Below, in pieces: positions 10,213 through 20,783 of a stretch of 64,000 nt of DNA. Each line of letters begins with the position of its first letter. The stretch's first letter is position 1. The DNA lies in contig JBDHWW010000001.1 of the NCBI GenBank assembly GCA_039810425.1, forward strand, positions 1-64,000, read 5' to 3'. The DNA is from Pseudobdellovibrionaceae bacterium. Lineage in GTDB: Bacteria > Bdellovibrionota > Bdellovibrionia > Bdellovibrionales > Bdellovibrionaceae. The position numbers and the translations under genes are program-made. Below the pieces are notes generated by a model, which was not told where the DNA came from, did no database searches, and saw nothing but the letters and a program-made list of their open reading frames with translations.

Positions 10213-12813
10213 ATGTCTAAAAATTTTCAACTAAAAAACGGTCTTAAAGTACTTTTGTTAGAATCTCACAAGTCCCCGGTGATTTCAGTACAAATGTGGG
10301 TGAAAACCGGTAGCGCCGACGAAAAAAAGACGGAAGAGGGCATTAGTCATTTTATCGAGCACTTGGTCTTCAAAGGCACCCGTAAATATAAGGTGGGCGA
10401 AATTGCCTCAGTCGTTGAAGCCTCAGGCGGCGAGCTCAATGCCTATACATCTTTTGACCAAACGGTTTTCTACGTAACGATCTCGAAACAGTTTGCCGAT
10501 GTGGGTTTGGACGTCATCAGCGAAATGATGGGTTTTCCAACTTTTGATCCACAAGAAATCGACAATGAGCGTGAAGTTGTTATTGAAGAGATTAAGCGCG
10601 GACAAGACAGCCTCAGCCGCGCGGGCAGTCAAATGATGTTCTCAAGTGTTTTTAAGGGCCATCCCTATGCGATTCCCGTGATTGGCTACGAAAAAAATGT
10701 CCGCAAGTTTTCCGCTAAGAAAATCACTGATTTTTTTAATTCGCGCTATGTGCCGCGCAACATGTTCCTCGTCATTTCCGGTGACTTTGAGTCGTCGGAA
10801 ATGAAAAAGAAAGTGCAAAAATATTTCAGCGATTTCAAAGACTATAAGCTACGCCGCTCAAAGCGCCCAAAAATAAAACCAATAAAGAAAAACCAAATCA
10901 GGGTTCAAGAGTCGACGTTTGAGCAAACGGTGGCCTATCTTGCTTGGCCCGCGCCGAACGTTAAGCACAAAGACGTGCCGGCGTTAGAAGTCATGAGCCT
11001 GATTCTTGGCCAAGGTGATAGCTCGCGCCTAGTGCACTCATTGCGTTTGGAAAAGCCATTGACAAATTCCGTCGGCTCTTACGCCTTTACTCCGCAAGAT
11101 GCCGGCGTTCTCGCGGTGTCTATGGGGCTTGATAATGTGAACTTCGAGGAATCATTAACAAAAATCCGCGAGCACATCGTGGAAATCGTCAACAATCCGC
11201 CAAGCGCTGCCGAAATGCAAAAGGCGGTGACGAATTTGGCAAGTGAGCAAATCTATTCGCTCGAAACAGTAGATGGAATCGCCCGCAAAGCGGGAACACT
11301 CGAGTTCTACATGGGCGATCACGAGTACTTTAAAAAGTACTTAAAGCAAATCTATGCTTTGAAACCGGAAGACATCTCGAAGGCCGCCAAGAAATATTTT
11401 ACGGCAGATCAGTTGAGCATTTGTGTCCTGACGAAAAACGACGTCAAAAAATTGGAAAAAGTCTGTGGACAATTTACTAAAGATCTAAAAGCGGCGCTAA
11501 AATCGAAGCCGACGAGAAAAGCAATACCGGTAAAATTCTCGCCGAAAAAGCTTTCACTGAAATCCAACGGCGGAGCTGCCACAGACGTTGAAGAAGTAAC
11601 GATAGCCTCGGGAGTGACTGTGCTTTTTAAAGCTCAGAAGGAAACGCCAATAGTCTCTGTCCGTGCCGGCTTCCTGGGCGGCCTTCGTGCGGAACCGGAG
11701 TCGCAAGCAGGGCTGACAGAAGTGTTCTCGCGTGTTTGGACGGGTGGCGGCAAGGAATTTAGTGAAACCGAACTCAATCTGAAAATCGATGAAATGGCAG
11801 CGGGCTTCGGCGCATTCTCGGGCAGGAATTCCGTCGGTTTAAGCATGGACTATCTTTCTGTTTATGAGAAGCCGATGTTCGAGGTTTTCTCAGATGTGCT
11901 AGCCGCGCCACTTCTACCGGCGGAGGTGATTGAACGTGAAAAGCAAATTCTAAAAAATCAGATCAAGTCGCGAAACGACAATCCCTCGCAGGTCGCGATT
12001 TTGCAGTTTATGAAAACGCTTTTTAGCGGCCATCCGTATGCTCGCGATATGATGGGAACCCAAGAAAGCCTTGCAAAAATTCATACTGATGCACTTCGCG
12101 CGTACTATGAAAAAATCGTCGCGTCCCGCAACCTCACTATATCAGTCGTCGGTGATTTCGATAAATCTTTCTGGTTGGAGAACCTCAAGAGGTTGGCGTC
12201 CGAATTGCCCAAGGGTGAAAAGTTTGCAAGCAGCTTCCCGCTCGACCCGATCAAGCAAGAGCACTATCTCTATCAAGAGTCCAAAAAAGAACAAAGCCAC
12301 GTCATCATGGGTGTTCGTGGTTTAACTATCAAAGATGAAGAGCGCTATCAGCTAGAAGTTATTCAATCCATTCTTTCAGGCCAAGGTGGCAGACTCTTTA
12401 TCGAGCTTCGCGATAAAAATTCGCTTGCGTACTCGGTGGCACCAATGCGCATGGAAGGTCTCGAGGCCGGGTATTTTGGCGCGTATATCGGTTGCTCGCC
12501 TGAAAAGGTGCAGAAAGCGATTGCGATGATGAAGGAAGAGTTCCGCAAGCTCATCGAAACGAAGGTGTCAGAGCAAGAGCTTTTGCGTGCGCAAAGATAC
12601 ATCGTTGGACGCCATGATATTGATTTGCAAAGAAAGAGTGCGATCAGCAACAGCATTCTTTTTGATAGAATTTATGGTTTAGATCCACGTGAAGGTCTAG
12701 ATGTCGCGGATAAGTACTTTGCTGTGCAAGCAGTGGATTTACAGATTTTGGCGGAAAAACTCTTTAAACAGCACTTCGTCATCAGCGTCGTAGGACCACA
12801 AAATCCGTTCTAA
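10213..12813 (+). CDS. M16 (pitrilysin/insulinase) zinc peptidase, two-module
   Basis: Inverted zincin HFIEH, NAYTSFD, EREVVIEE; second M16 module lacks HxxEH. Confidence 0.93.
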   Translation: MSKNFQLKNGLKVLLLESHKSPVISVQMWVKTGSADEKKTEEGISHFIEHLVFKGTRKYKVGEIASVVEASGGELNAYTSFDQTVFYVTISKQFADVGLDVISEMMGFPTFDPQEIDNEREVVIEEIKRGQDSLSRAGSQMMFSSVFKGHPYAIPVIGYEKNVRKFSAKKITDFFNSRYVPRNMFLVISGDFESSEMKKKVQKYFSDFKDYKLRRSKRPKIKPIKKNQIRVQESTFEQTVAYLAWPAPNVKHKDVPALEVMSLILGQGDSSRLVHSLRLEKPLTNSVGSYAFTPQDAGVLAVSMGLDNVNFEESLTKIREHIVEIVNNPPSAAEMQKAVTNLASEQIYSLETVDGIARKAGTLEFYMGDHEYFKKYLKQIYALKPEDISKAAKKYFTADQLSICVLTKNDVKKLEKVCGQFTKDLKAALKSKPTRKAIPVKFSPKKLSLKSNGGAATDVEEVTIASGVTVLFKAQKETPIVSVRAGFLGGLRAEPESQAGLTEVFSRVWTGGGKEFSETELNLKIDEMAAGFGAFSGRNSVGLSMDYLSVYEKPMFEVFSDVLAAPLLPAEVIEREKQILKNQIKSRNDNPSQVAILQFMKTLFSGHPYARDMMGTQESLAKIHTDALRAYYEKIVASRNLTISVVGDFDKSFWLENLKRLASELPKGEKFASSFPLDPIKQEHYLYQESKKEQSHVIMGVRGLTIKDEERYQLEVIQSILSGQGGRLFIELRDKNSLAYSVAPMRMEGLEAGYFGAYIGCSPEKVQKAIAMMKEEFRKLIETKVSEQELLRAQRYIVGRHDIDLQRKSAISNSILFDRIYGLDPREGLDVADKYFAVQAVDLQILAEKLFKQHFVISVVGPQNPF

Positions 12814-12891
12814 GCCTTAGGTCTTGGCTCGTTTTGAGAATTTGGCGCTGTTCCAAAATAATCTGATATAATCAAAGTCAGGGGATAAAGC

Positions 12892-13536
12892 GTGTCTCAA
12901 AACGAGTCGAAAAAACAAAACACGGCCACTGAGCTTTTTATATCACCGGGGAATTTTTTTAAGGATCTCGTGAGGCAGGGTTTTGCCCAGCGTAAATTGG
13001 AAACCTATCCTCATGTAGAAACTTACCTCGTGGAGCTCCTTCAATATTATCTTGATGCGAAAAACCTCTTTGATCCTGAGTTTGATGAACAAGGCCGCAG
13101 GGTTCCTAAAACTTTGGCGGAAATGTATCTCCACGCCAACAATGCTCAAGACCAAGCCGTGAAGGTGGAGTTGCTTAAAAAGTTAGGTGATCGGTCGCTC
13201 TATATGAGTGGCTTTTTTGGTGATTCCCTTCAGCGAAAAGTCGTGGATGTGGATTACTACGTAAACATGGGTGGGGTTGCGTATGCGACGCTGGCAACAT
13301 GTGTGCGCGAAGATACTACCGCCAAAGTCTATTCAACCATTTCTCGTCGCTTTATTGATTTCGTGGATGTCTTGACCTATATCAGCCACGGGTCACTTAT
13401 TAAGAGCAATGAGAGTGTTCTGCGGCTATACGACCGCTATATGACAACTGGTTCAGAGCTAGCGCGTGAAAAGCTGACGGAAATTGGAGTTCTACCCATG
13501 ACCCAGGACCAAGCCAAGCGGGGCCGTCAGTATTAA
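12892..13536 (+). CDS. Hypothetical helical protein
   Basis: 214-aa ORF, GTG start with AGGGG RBS and TGnTATAAT upstream; function not recognised. Confidence 0.8.
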   Translation: MSQNESKKQNTATELFISPGNFFKDLVRQGFAQRKLETYPHVETYLVELLQYYLDAKNLFDPEFDEQGRRVPKTLAEMYLHANNAQDQAVKVELLKKLGDRSLYMSGFFGDSLQRKVVDVDYYVNMGGVAYATLATCVREDTTAKVYSTISRRFIDFVDVLTYISHGSLIKSNESVLRLYDRYMTTGSELAREKLTEIGVLPMTQDQAKRGRQY

Positions 13537-13540
13537 ACGC

Positions 13541-13569
13541 GTGACTGCGCCGGGCCCATTCGCTATGTT
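13541..13569 (+). promoter_or_regulatory. Sigma70-type promoter predicting leaderless tatB mRNA
   Basis: GTGACT-17-TATGTT-6-ATG. Confidence 0.5.
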
Positions 13570-13575
13570 GGGATC

Positions 13576-13893
13576 ATGTTAGGTTTGAGCTTGCCGGAAA
13601 TTATATTTTTAGCCATCTTGGCTCTCGTGGTGATTGGCCCGAAACAATTGCCGGAGGTTGCAAGAACTCTTGGCCGCTTGCTTAACGAGCTTCGCCGAGC
13701 TTCCAATTCTTTTAGCGAAGAGCTGCGTTCTCAAGTAAAAATCGACCCGATCCGTCTCGAGGAAAAGATGGAGCAAAAAGCTCATAAGCCAAATGAAGGC
13801 GGCAACTACGTTGCCCCGGAGCCCTTTGTAAAAAGCGAAGAGGCCAAAGACGAGACGAAATCCCCCGAGTCCACTGAAACGAAGAAGTCATGA
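13576..13893 (+). CDS. tatB: Twin-arginine translocase subunit TatB (TatA/B family)
   Basis: N-terminal TM helix, VIGPKQLPEVAR, amphipathic helix; overlaps tatC. Confidence 0.85.
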   Translation: MLGLSLPEIIFLAILALVVIGPKQLPEVARTLGRLLNELRRASNSFSEELRSQVKIDPIRLEEKMEQKAHKPNEGGNYVAPEPFVKSEEAKDETKSPESTETKKS

Positions 13894-14654
13894 TTGAAAC
13901 CAACGATCAGCGCGAAGAAAAGTATCAAAGCCTTGTCGAGCATCTGAGTGAGCTTCGCGTTCGTGTCATGTATGCGGGCTATGCTTTGATTATTGCGACC
14001 GGCATTTGTTACGGTTTTAGTGAAAAGATCTTTAACTTTGTCCGCTTGCCGATTGCTCCTTACTTGCCATCTGGTGGTTTGGTGTTTACAGCCCCCATGG
14101 ACAAATTCATTGCACATTTAAAAATCTCATTCGTGTGCGGGGTGATTGTCTCTTGTCCGTTTTGGCTCTACCAAATTTGGTTGTTCGTTGCGCCAGGCCT
14201 TTACAGCAAAGAAAAAAAATATGCCGTCGGCTTCATTGGCGCAGGCTCGGCCCTTTTCATGCTGGGGACCGCATTTTCTTATTATGTTGTTTTGCCCATG
14301 GCCTTTCACTTCTTGATGACCTATGGCGGAGACATTGATAAGCCGATGATCACGATTGATCATTATTTAGGTTTTTTCACTCAGATGTGCCTGGTGTTCG
14401 GTGCCGCTTTCGAGTTGCCTTTAATTTTGATTATTTTGGGCCTGATGGGTGTCGTTACGCAAAACTTTCTTCGCGAGAAGCGCCGCTATGCGATTATGAC
14501 ACTTGCGGTGGCCGCGGCGATTATCACACCACCGGATTTGCTCAGCATGATCATGATGTTGGTACCGATGATTGTGCTATATGAAATTGCCGTGTTCTTT
14601 GTCGGCTTTTTTGAAAAGAAAAAAGCGCTCGCGGCAGTTAACGAACGAGAATAA
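13890..14654 (+). CDS. tatC: Twin-arginine translocase subunit TatC
   Basis: LVEHLSELR, FVAPGLY, FELP, ITPPD motifs; six TM segments. Confidence 0.97.
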   Translation: MIETNDQREEKYQSLVEHLSELRVRVMYAGYALIIATGICYGFSEKIFNFVRLPIAPYLPSGGLVFTAPMDKFIAHLKISFVCGVIVSCPFWLYQIWLFVAPGLYSKEKKYAVGFIGAGSALFMLGTAFSYYVVLPMAFHFLMTYGGDIDKPMITIDHYLGFFTQMCLVFGAAFELPLILIILGLMGVVTQNFLREKRRYAIMTLAVAAAIITPPDLLSMIMMLVPMIVLYEIAVFFVGFFEKKKALAAVNERE

Positions 14655-14737
14655 AAACGTTCTTTTGCTGAATTCATCTCAACAAATTCAAATGCCTTTT
14701 GCATGTCTTCTCTAAGCTTCTTAACGGGGAGGGGATT

Positions 14738-15715
14738 ATGAACGTTTTTCGAGGGCTGTTGTTGTTATTTGCCATGGTGGTGGCCACGTCCCAGGCAAAT
14801 GCGACTTTGTATGAAGGGGAATTCACCAATATGGGCCGAGACTACCTGAAAAGTCTCGAGAGACTCGATACGGATCGCCTAGATCGGTTGCCGGTCGCCC
14901 AACGTGATAGATGTATCAGTCGATACAACGGGATGATTAATGACGGAGTTCTCGATATCCGCATTATCATGGGTTATTTTGATTGGACGACGGGTTCGCC
15001 AGTCAAGATGGATGGCACAAACTACGGCTATAGTCCTTCGATCGACCCGGGTGCGTATCAAGCTGTGCGGGGCATTCTCACCGGAAGATGTCCGGGCGAT
15101 GCTGAGTTCTGTGGTTTCAACCAAGACAGCGCCTATCAATTTACAAAAAAAGTTCACATTCAGGGTCAAAGCGTTCTTGCAAAGGTCCAAATCTACTATG
15201 CGTCCGTGTCTGAGTATTATGACGTGAATAAAGGCAAGTACTCTGGCGAGCAAGCCGATCGCTCTGCGGCTTTGCAAGCGCAGTTCCGGGACGCCCTACA
15301 GAAGGCAGACGTTGTCTTCTACTTTGGGCACTCTCGAAATGGCGGCGGCCCGGATTTCAACCCACCGGTTTTGATTCGTGGAACGAATAAAGTAAATTAC
15401 GACGGTTACTACAAACCCAATCGCCCAGGTTTAAAACAAATGATTTCAGACCTGCAAAGCGGTCATCAGCCCTCCGTTTTAGGACTGATGTCTTGTGACT
15501 CCCGCGATCACTTTTTGTCCAGTCTTAGAAAAGTGGCGCCGAATATGGGTGTGATCACTTCTTTAAACGTGCTTCAGGTCGATGGTGTTTACACAGCTAT
15601 GATTGGAGCGGGGGACGCGGTTCTCCGCGGACAATGCCAAACGGGTTTCATGCAATCAATTCGCAGAACGGAGTTTAATGCCAAGAATATTACCATGGAT
15701 GGTATGTTTCAGTAG
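14738..15715 (+). CDS. Secreted hypothetical protein, possible clan CD (caspase/gingipain-fold) peptidase
   Basis: Signal peptide ending ANA; VVFYFGHSR and VLGLMSCDS motifs; start at ATG 14738 behind GGAGG. Confidence 0.75.
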   Translation: MNVFRGLLLLFAMVVATSQANATLYEGEFTNMGRDYLKSLERLDTDRLDRLPVAQRDRCISRYNGMINDGVLDIRIIMGYFDWTTGSPVKMDGTNYGYSPSIDPGAYQAVRGILTGRCPGDAEFCGFNQDSAYQFTKKVHIQGQSVLAKVQIYYASVSEYYDVNKGKYSGEQADRSAALQAQFRDALQKADVVFYFGHSRNGGGPDFNPPVLIRGTNKVNYDGYYKPNRPGLKQMISDLQSGHQPSVLGLMSCDSRDHFLSSLRKVAPNMGVITSLNVLQVDGVYTAMIGAGDAVLRGQCQTGFMQSIRRTEFNAKNITMDGMFQ

Positions 15716-15761
15716 TTCTAGTGGCGAGGCTTGATGATCACGGATGCGATCATCGAGCCTC

Positions 15762-16292
15762 CTATACAGGCTCCTCGAATTTAATCATAACCGCGCCTGT
15801 TTCTACGCTATCACCTTGTTTAACGAGAATCTCCTTGATCTTCACATCACGGGACGCACGCATTTCATTTTCCATTTTCATGGCTTCCATAATAAGAAGG
15901 GGCTTATTTGCTTTCACGATATCGCCCTTTTTTGCAAAGATTTCGATGATCTTTCCAGGCATACCGGCTTTGAGTTCCTCATCGCCACCGAACCCACTCC
16001 CTTTCTTCAGGGATTCATGCAAAAGCATCTCATCATTGAAGATCTTGATGGTACGGAACGAGTTGCGTGCAAAAACCGTATACTCAGTATCCTGCCCGAT
16101 AACATCGATCAAATAAGATTTGCCTTCAAAAAGAAAGCTCACGTATTCCTCGGCGAACTTGTAATCGTTTTTAGAGATATCGTAGTGAGTCCAATCTTTG
16201 CCCTCTTCTTGGAGCGAGACCTTCCAAGCGGCTCTGCCTTCCGTGACATCGACTTTGTATTTACGGCCTTTAATTTCTGCTTCGAAATACAT
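15762..16292 (-). CDS. Biotin carboxyl carrier subunit of acyl-CoA carboxylase
   Basis: AGMPGKI and EAMKMENE biotinylation motif; N-terminal BT-like domain. Confidence 0.93.
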   Translation of the reverse strand: MYFEAEIKGRKYKVDVTEGRAAWKVSLQEEGKDWTHYDISKNDYKFAEEYVSFLFEGKSYLIDVIGQDTEYTVFARNSFRTIKIFNDEMLLHESLKKGSGFGGDEELKAGMPGKIIEIFAKKGDIVKANKPLLIMEAMKMENEMRASRDVKIKEILVKQGDSVETGAVMIKFEEPV

Positions 16293-16294
16293 AA

Positions 16295-17800
16295 TTAAGT
16301 CCTTAATTGAAGCTTACGGCCCGTACGCTTCCAGTTAGAAGTGATATTAAGTTGACGAACATCCTTCGACTTTCGGTCGTTATACGCCGTAATTGCAGCA
16401 GCAATTAAGAACATCGGATCGTCGATCTCTTTAAAGAGCAATGGCTCGATAACTTCAAAGTTCTTCTCAATAAATTGAGTCGTATAAGAGCCATCGCGGA
16501 ACTTAGGGTGGTCCAAAATCGTCTTATGAAGAACTATGTTGGTCTTAATTCCCGTCAAGACAAATTCGGTCAAAGCACGTTGCATTCGATCGATGGCCTC
16601 CTCACGAGTTTCACCGAAAGTAATAACCTTGGCGATCATTGGGTCGTAGAAGATGGGCACTTCGTAACCAGGATAGGCGTATGAATCTACGCGCAAGCCG
16701 GGACCTTGGGGGTGACGGCACGCCCGGATCACGCCCGGGGACGGCTTGTAAGTCACAGGATCCTCCGCGCAGATCCGTGCTTCGATCGCATGACCCTTTT
16801 GGTGGATGTCTTCCTGCTTAAAGCTCAATGGGCGGCCAGAAGCCACGAAGATTTGTTCCTTCACCAAGTCGAAACCACATACGATCTCTGTGATCGGGTG
16901 TTCTACCTGAAGACGTGTATTCATTTCCATGAAGTAGAATTCTTTTGTTTTGTTGTCGAAGATGAACTCGATTGTCCCTGCACCCACATAGTTGATTTGC
17001 TTAGCGGCGCGCACGGCCGCTGCGCCCATTTTCAAACGAACTTCATTCGGAACTGAGGGTGAGGGGCATTCTTCGATGATCTTTTGATTACGGCGCTGAA
17101 CAGAACACTCGCGCTCAAACAAGTGAACGTGATTGTGGTGTTTATCGCCAAAAACTTGGATCTCGATGTGTTTTGGATCGTTGACGAACTTCTCGATGTA
17201 AACAGTTGGGTTTGCAAAGTAGTTCTGCCCTTCAGAGCGGCAAGCCCGGTAAGCGCTTTCAAGTTCGTCCATCTTGCGAACGACGCGCATCCCTTTACCG
17301 CCACCCCCGGCAGTCGCCTTGATAATGATCGGAAGGCCGATTCTTTCCGCGATAGAAAGGGCCTCTTCAACCGTTTCAACGCCGCCGTCGGAACCAGGAA
17401 CTGTCGGCACGCCGGCCTTTTTCATCAAAAGCTTCGAAGAGATTTTGTCTCCCATTGCATCGATATTTTCCGGAGTTGGGCCGATGAAGTTAATGCCCGC
17501 ATCAACACAGGCTTTCGCGAAGGTCGTATTCTCAGAAAGAAAGCCGTAACCAGGGTGAACAGCGTCCGCCCCAGCGGTTTTTGCGACCTCTAAGATTTTA
17601 CGATAGTTCAAATAGCTTTCTTTCGAAGGGGAGGGACCAATGTGATAGGCTTCATCCGCCAGGAAGACATGCAAGCTGTCACGGTCCGCATCACTGAAAA
17701 CCGCGACAGAGATGATACCCAGCTCGCGGCATGCACGGATAATGCGGATCGCGATTTCTCCTCTGTTTGCGATGAGAATCTTATTAAAAGGCTTCTGCAT
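16295..17800 (-). CDS. accC: Biotin carboxylase subunit (acetyl/propionyl-CoA carboxylase)
   Basis: ILIANRGEIA, HPGYGFLSEN, GGGGKGMR, EMNTRLQVEH. Confidence 0.95.
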   Translation of the reverse strand: MQKPFNKILIANRGEIAIRIIRACRELGIISVAVFSDADRDSLHVFLADEAYHIGPSPSKESYLNYRKILEVAKTAGADAVHPGYGFLSENTTFAKACVDAGINFIGPTPENIDAMGDKISSKLLMKKAGVPTVPGSDGGVETVEEALSIAERIGLPIIIKATAGGGGKGMRVVRKMDELESAYRACRSEGQNYFANPTVYIEKFVNDPKHIEIQVFGDKHHNHVHLFERECSVQRRNQKIIEECPSPSVPNEVRLKMGAAAVRAAKQINYVGAGTIEFIFDNKTKEFYFMEMNTRLQVEHPITEIVCGFDLVKEQIFVASGRPLSFKQEDIHQKGHAIEARICAEDPVTYKPSPGVIRACRHPQGPGLRVDSYAYPGYEVPIFYDPMIAKVITFGETREEAIDRMQRALTEFVLTGIKTNIVLHKTILDHPKFRDGSYTTQFIEKNFEVIEPLLFKEIDDPMFLIAAAITAYNDRKSKDVRQLNITSNWKRTGRKLQLRT

Positions 17801-17809
17801 ACCACACTC

Positions 17810-19372
17810 CTACAGGGGAATGTTGCCGTGCTTTTTTGCCGGCATAACATCACGTTTATTTTTAAGCATTTCCAAAGAGTCGATGATGCGCTTACGAGTC
17901 AACGCAGGCTCAATCACTTCATCAGTGTAGCCCAGTTCCGCGGACACGTAAGGATTGCTGAATTTAGCTTCGTACTCAGCTGTTAAGCGCGCGCGTTCAG
18001 CGGCCGGGTCTTTTGCTTTTGCAATTTCTTCGCGGAAGATGATGTTTACCGCGCCATCCGCGCCCATCACCGCGATTTCCGCAGAAGGATAGGCCAGATT
18101 CACATCAGAACGCAGCAGCTTCGAGCCCATAACGATGTATGCGCCACCGTAAGCTTTGCGGGTGATAACGGTGATTTTTGGAACCGTCGCCTCAGCATAG
18201 GCATAGAGCAACTTCGCACCATGAGTGATAATGCCGTTCCATTCTTGGTCTTTACCAGGCAAGAAGCCCGGCACGTCCACAAAGCTCACAACTGGAATAT
18301 TGAAAGAATCACAGAAGCGGATAAAGCGAGCGGCCTTGCGAGATGCTTCGATGTTCAAGCAACCCGCCAAGATGTTTGGTTGATTTGCAACGATGCCGGC
18401 GCTGCGACCGTTAAAGCGGGCAAAACCCACGATGACGTTCTGAGCGTAGTGCTTGTGAACTTCCAAGAAATAACCCTCATCCACACACTCGGTGATGATG
18501 TTGAGCATGTCGTAAGGCTTCTTGGGGTTATCTGGGATTAAGGTATTCAAAGCTTCAACCAAACGATCTGGACGATCCTTTGTTGGCAAGGTCGGAGCAT
18601 CATCCAAGTTGTTTGAAGGAACGAAGCTCAAAAGTTCACGAATCATGAGTAAGCAGTGCTTGTCATCATTCGTCGCAAAATGAGCCACACCTGACTTCGA
18701 AGAGTGAGTCGTCGCGCCACCCAACTCCTCCTTAGTCACTTCTTCATGAGTCACGGTCTTGATGACATCAGGCCCAGTTACGAACATGTAGCTTGTGTTT
18801 TTCACCATGAAGACGAAGTCCGTGATAGACGGAGAGTAGACCGCGCCGCCAGCGCAGGGGCCCATGATCGCGGTTATTTGCGGCACTAAACCTGAGCACA
18901 TTACGTTGCGGCTAAAGATGTCCGCGTAGCCGCCCAGAGCTTCGATACCTTCTTGGATACGAGCGCCGCCGGAGTCATTCAAGCAAATAAAGGGCGCACC
19001 GTTCTTCGCCGCAAGATCCATCACCTTGCAAACCTTATTAGCTTGGGTGCGAGACATTGAACCGCCAATGACAGTGAAGTCTTGGCTGGAAACGTAGACC
19101 AACTTACCGTTCACGCGGCCGTAACCGGTGATGATACCATCGCCTGGCACCGCGGATTTTTCCATGCCGAAGTTTGTGCAACGATGAGTAACGAAACGAT
19201 CCATTTCAACGAAGCTGCCTGGATCCAAAAGGATGTCTAAGCGCTCACGAGCAGAAAGGCGCCCACCTTGTTTGTGCTTTGCAACCTTGGCAGCGCCGCC
19301 ACCTTGCATTGCTTGCTCGTTTCTTTTGTCGAGATCAGCGAGCCTCTGCTGAAGAGTATTTGTTTCTTCCAT
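17810..19372 (-). CDS. pccB: Acyl-CoA (propionyl-CoA) carboxylase carboxyltransferase beta subunit
   Basis: [30 protein letters not shown]-terminal KKHGNIPL. Confidence 0.94.
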   Translation of the reverse strand: MEETNTLQQRLADLDKRNEQAMQGGGAAKVAKHKQGGRLSARERLDILLDPGSFVEMDRFVTHRCTNFGMEKSAVPGDGIITGYGRVNGKLVYVSSQDFTVIGGSMSRTQANKVCKVMDLAAKNGAPFICLNDSGGARIQEGIEALGGYADIFSRNVMCSGLVPQITAIMGPCAGGAVYSPSITDFVFMVKNTSYMFVTGPDVIKTVTHEEVTKEELGGATTHSSKSGVAHFATNDDKHCLLMIRELLSFVPSNNLDDAPTLPTKDRPDRLVEALNTLIPDNPKKPYDMLNIITECVDEGYFLEVHKHYAQNVIVGFARFNGRSAGIVANQPNILAGCLNIEASRKAARFIRFCDSFNIPVVSFVDVPGFLPGKDQEWNGIITHGAKLLYAYAEATVPKITVITRKAYGGAYIVMGSKLLRSDVNLAYPSAEIAVMGADGAVNIIFREEIAKAKDPAAERARLTAEYEAKFSNPYVSAELGYTDEVIEPALTRKRIIDSLEMLKNKRDVMPAKKHGNIPL

Positions 19373-19390
19373 GTATTCTCCAATAAAAGT

Positions 19391-20680
19391 TTAAGGATAA
19401 GAGCGACCATAAAGACGCGGGAACGGAATCGTCTCACGGATGTGAGGCAAGCCGCAGATCCAGGCCACTGTTCTTTCAAGACCCAAGCCGAAACCGCTGC
19501 TCGGAACAGAGCCATAGCGGCGGACATCAAGGTACCAAGCAAAGTCAGCTTCTTTCAAACCGTGTTCTTTAATCTTACGCAAAAGTGTTTCAATGCTTTC
19601 TTCACGCTGCCCACCACCGATCATTTCGCCGTAACCCTCTGTTGCCAAAAGATCCGAGCCCATGGCATATCCCGGGTCTTTGGGGTCCTCTTTCATGTAG
19701 AATGCTTTCACGGCAGCAGGATAGTGGTGCACAAACACGGGCTTGTCGAATTTTGACGAAACAATTGTTTCATCAGGAGCGCCGAAGTCGTCACCCACGA
19801 TGAAGGCTGGATTTTCCTTCAAGATGATTTCCACGGCCTCTTTGTAGTGAAGCTTTGGGAACGGCGCGATGATCGGAGACAGCCTGCTCGTATCACGCTC
19901 CAAAGCTTTTAATTCATCAGCGCGGTTTTTCAAAACGCGCTGAACGATGTACTCAACGAATTGCTCAGCGAGCTCCATGTTGTCGTACATATCGTTGAAA
20001 GCCACTTCCGGCTCAACCATCCAAAACTCAATTAGGTGACGGCGTGTTTTGGATTTCTCCGCGCGGAATGTTGGACCGAAGCAGTACACCTTACCAAAAG
20101 CGCGCGCGGTTGCCTCCATGTACAGCTGGCCGGATTGTGACAAGTAAGCTTTCTCATCGAAATATTTAGTTTCGAAAAGATTCGAAGTTCCTTCGCAAGC
20201 GGCTGGAGTAAAGATCGGCGCATCTGTGAGAGTGAAACCTTTGCCGTCAAAGAAATCGCGGATCGCCGCGATAATCTCCGCGCGTACACGCAAGATCGCA
20301 TGTTGGCGCTTCGAGCGGATCCAAAGATGGCGGTTATCCATCAGGAAGTCGGTGCCGTGCTCTTTCGGTGTGATAGGATAACCCTCAGCTTTGCCAAGAA
20401 GCTCCGTCTCGCTCACGCCGATTTCGTATTCGCCTTTGCGTTTTGGATGCTCACGAACAACACCGACAACGCGAACGGAACTTTCTTGCGTCAATTGATC
20501 AAACAAGGCGTAAGCGGAATCACCGCAATCAGCTTGAAAGAAAATGCAGGGAACCGTGCCGGTCCCATCGCGAAGTTCAAGAAATTTTACCTTACCAGAT
20601 GAGCGGGTGTTGTAGACCCAACCCTTGAGCTCAACTTTCTGACCCACATAATCTTTTAGATCAGAGATATAATACCTCAT
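19391..20680 (-). CDS. asnS: Asparagine--tRNA ligase
   Basis: OB-fold N-terminus, [29 protein letters not shown]. Confidence 0.95.
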   Translation of the reverse strand: MRYYISDLKDYVGQKVELKGWVYNTRSSGKVKFLELRDGTGTVPCIFFQADCGDSAYALFDQLTQESSVRVVGVVREHPKRKGEYEIGVSETELLGKAEGYPITPKEHGTDFLMDNRHLWIRSKRQHAILRVRAEIIAAIRDFFDGKGFTLTDAPIFTPAACEGTSNLFETKYFDEKAYLSQSGQLYMEATARAFGKVYCFGPTFRAEKSKTRRHLIEFWMVEPEVAFNDMYDNMELAEQFVEYIVQRVLKNRADELKALERDTSRLSPIIAPFPKLHYKEAVEIILKENPAFIVGDDFGAPDETIVSSKFDKPVFVHHYPAAVKAFYMKEDPKDPGYAMGSDLLATEGYGEMIGGGQREESIETLLRKIKEHGLKEADFAWYLDVRRYGSVPSSGFGLGLERTVAWICGLPHIRETIPFPRLYGRSYP

Positions 20681-20783
20681 GAGAAACCCTTTCCAAAAGA
20701 ACTTGAAAGAGGGTTTTTACCATGGGTCGAGGATGAAGCTCACTTGAAATAGTGGACGCGCAGCAATGGCTTACGGCGCCGCG

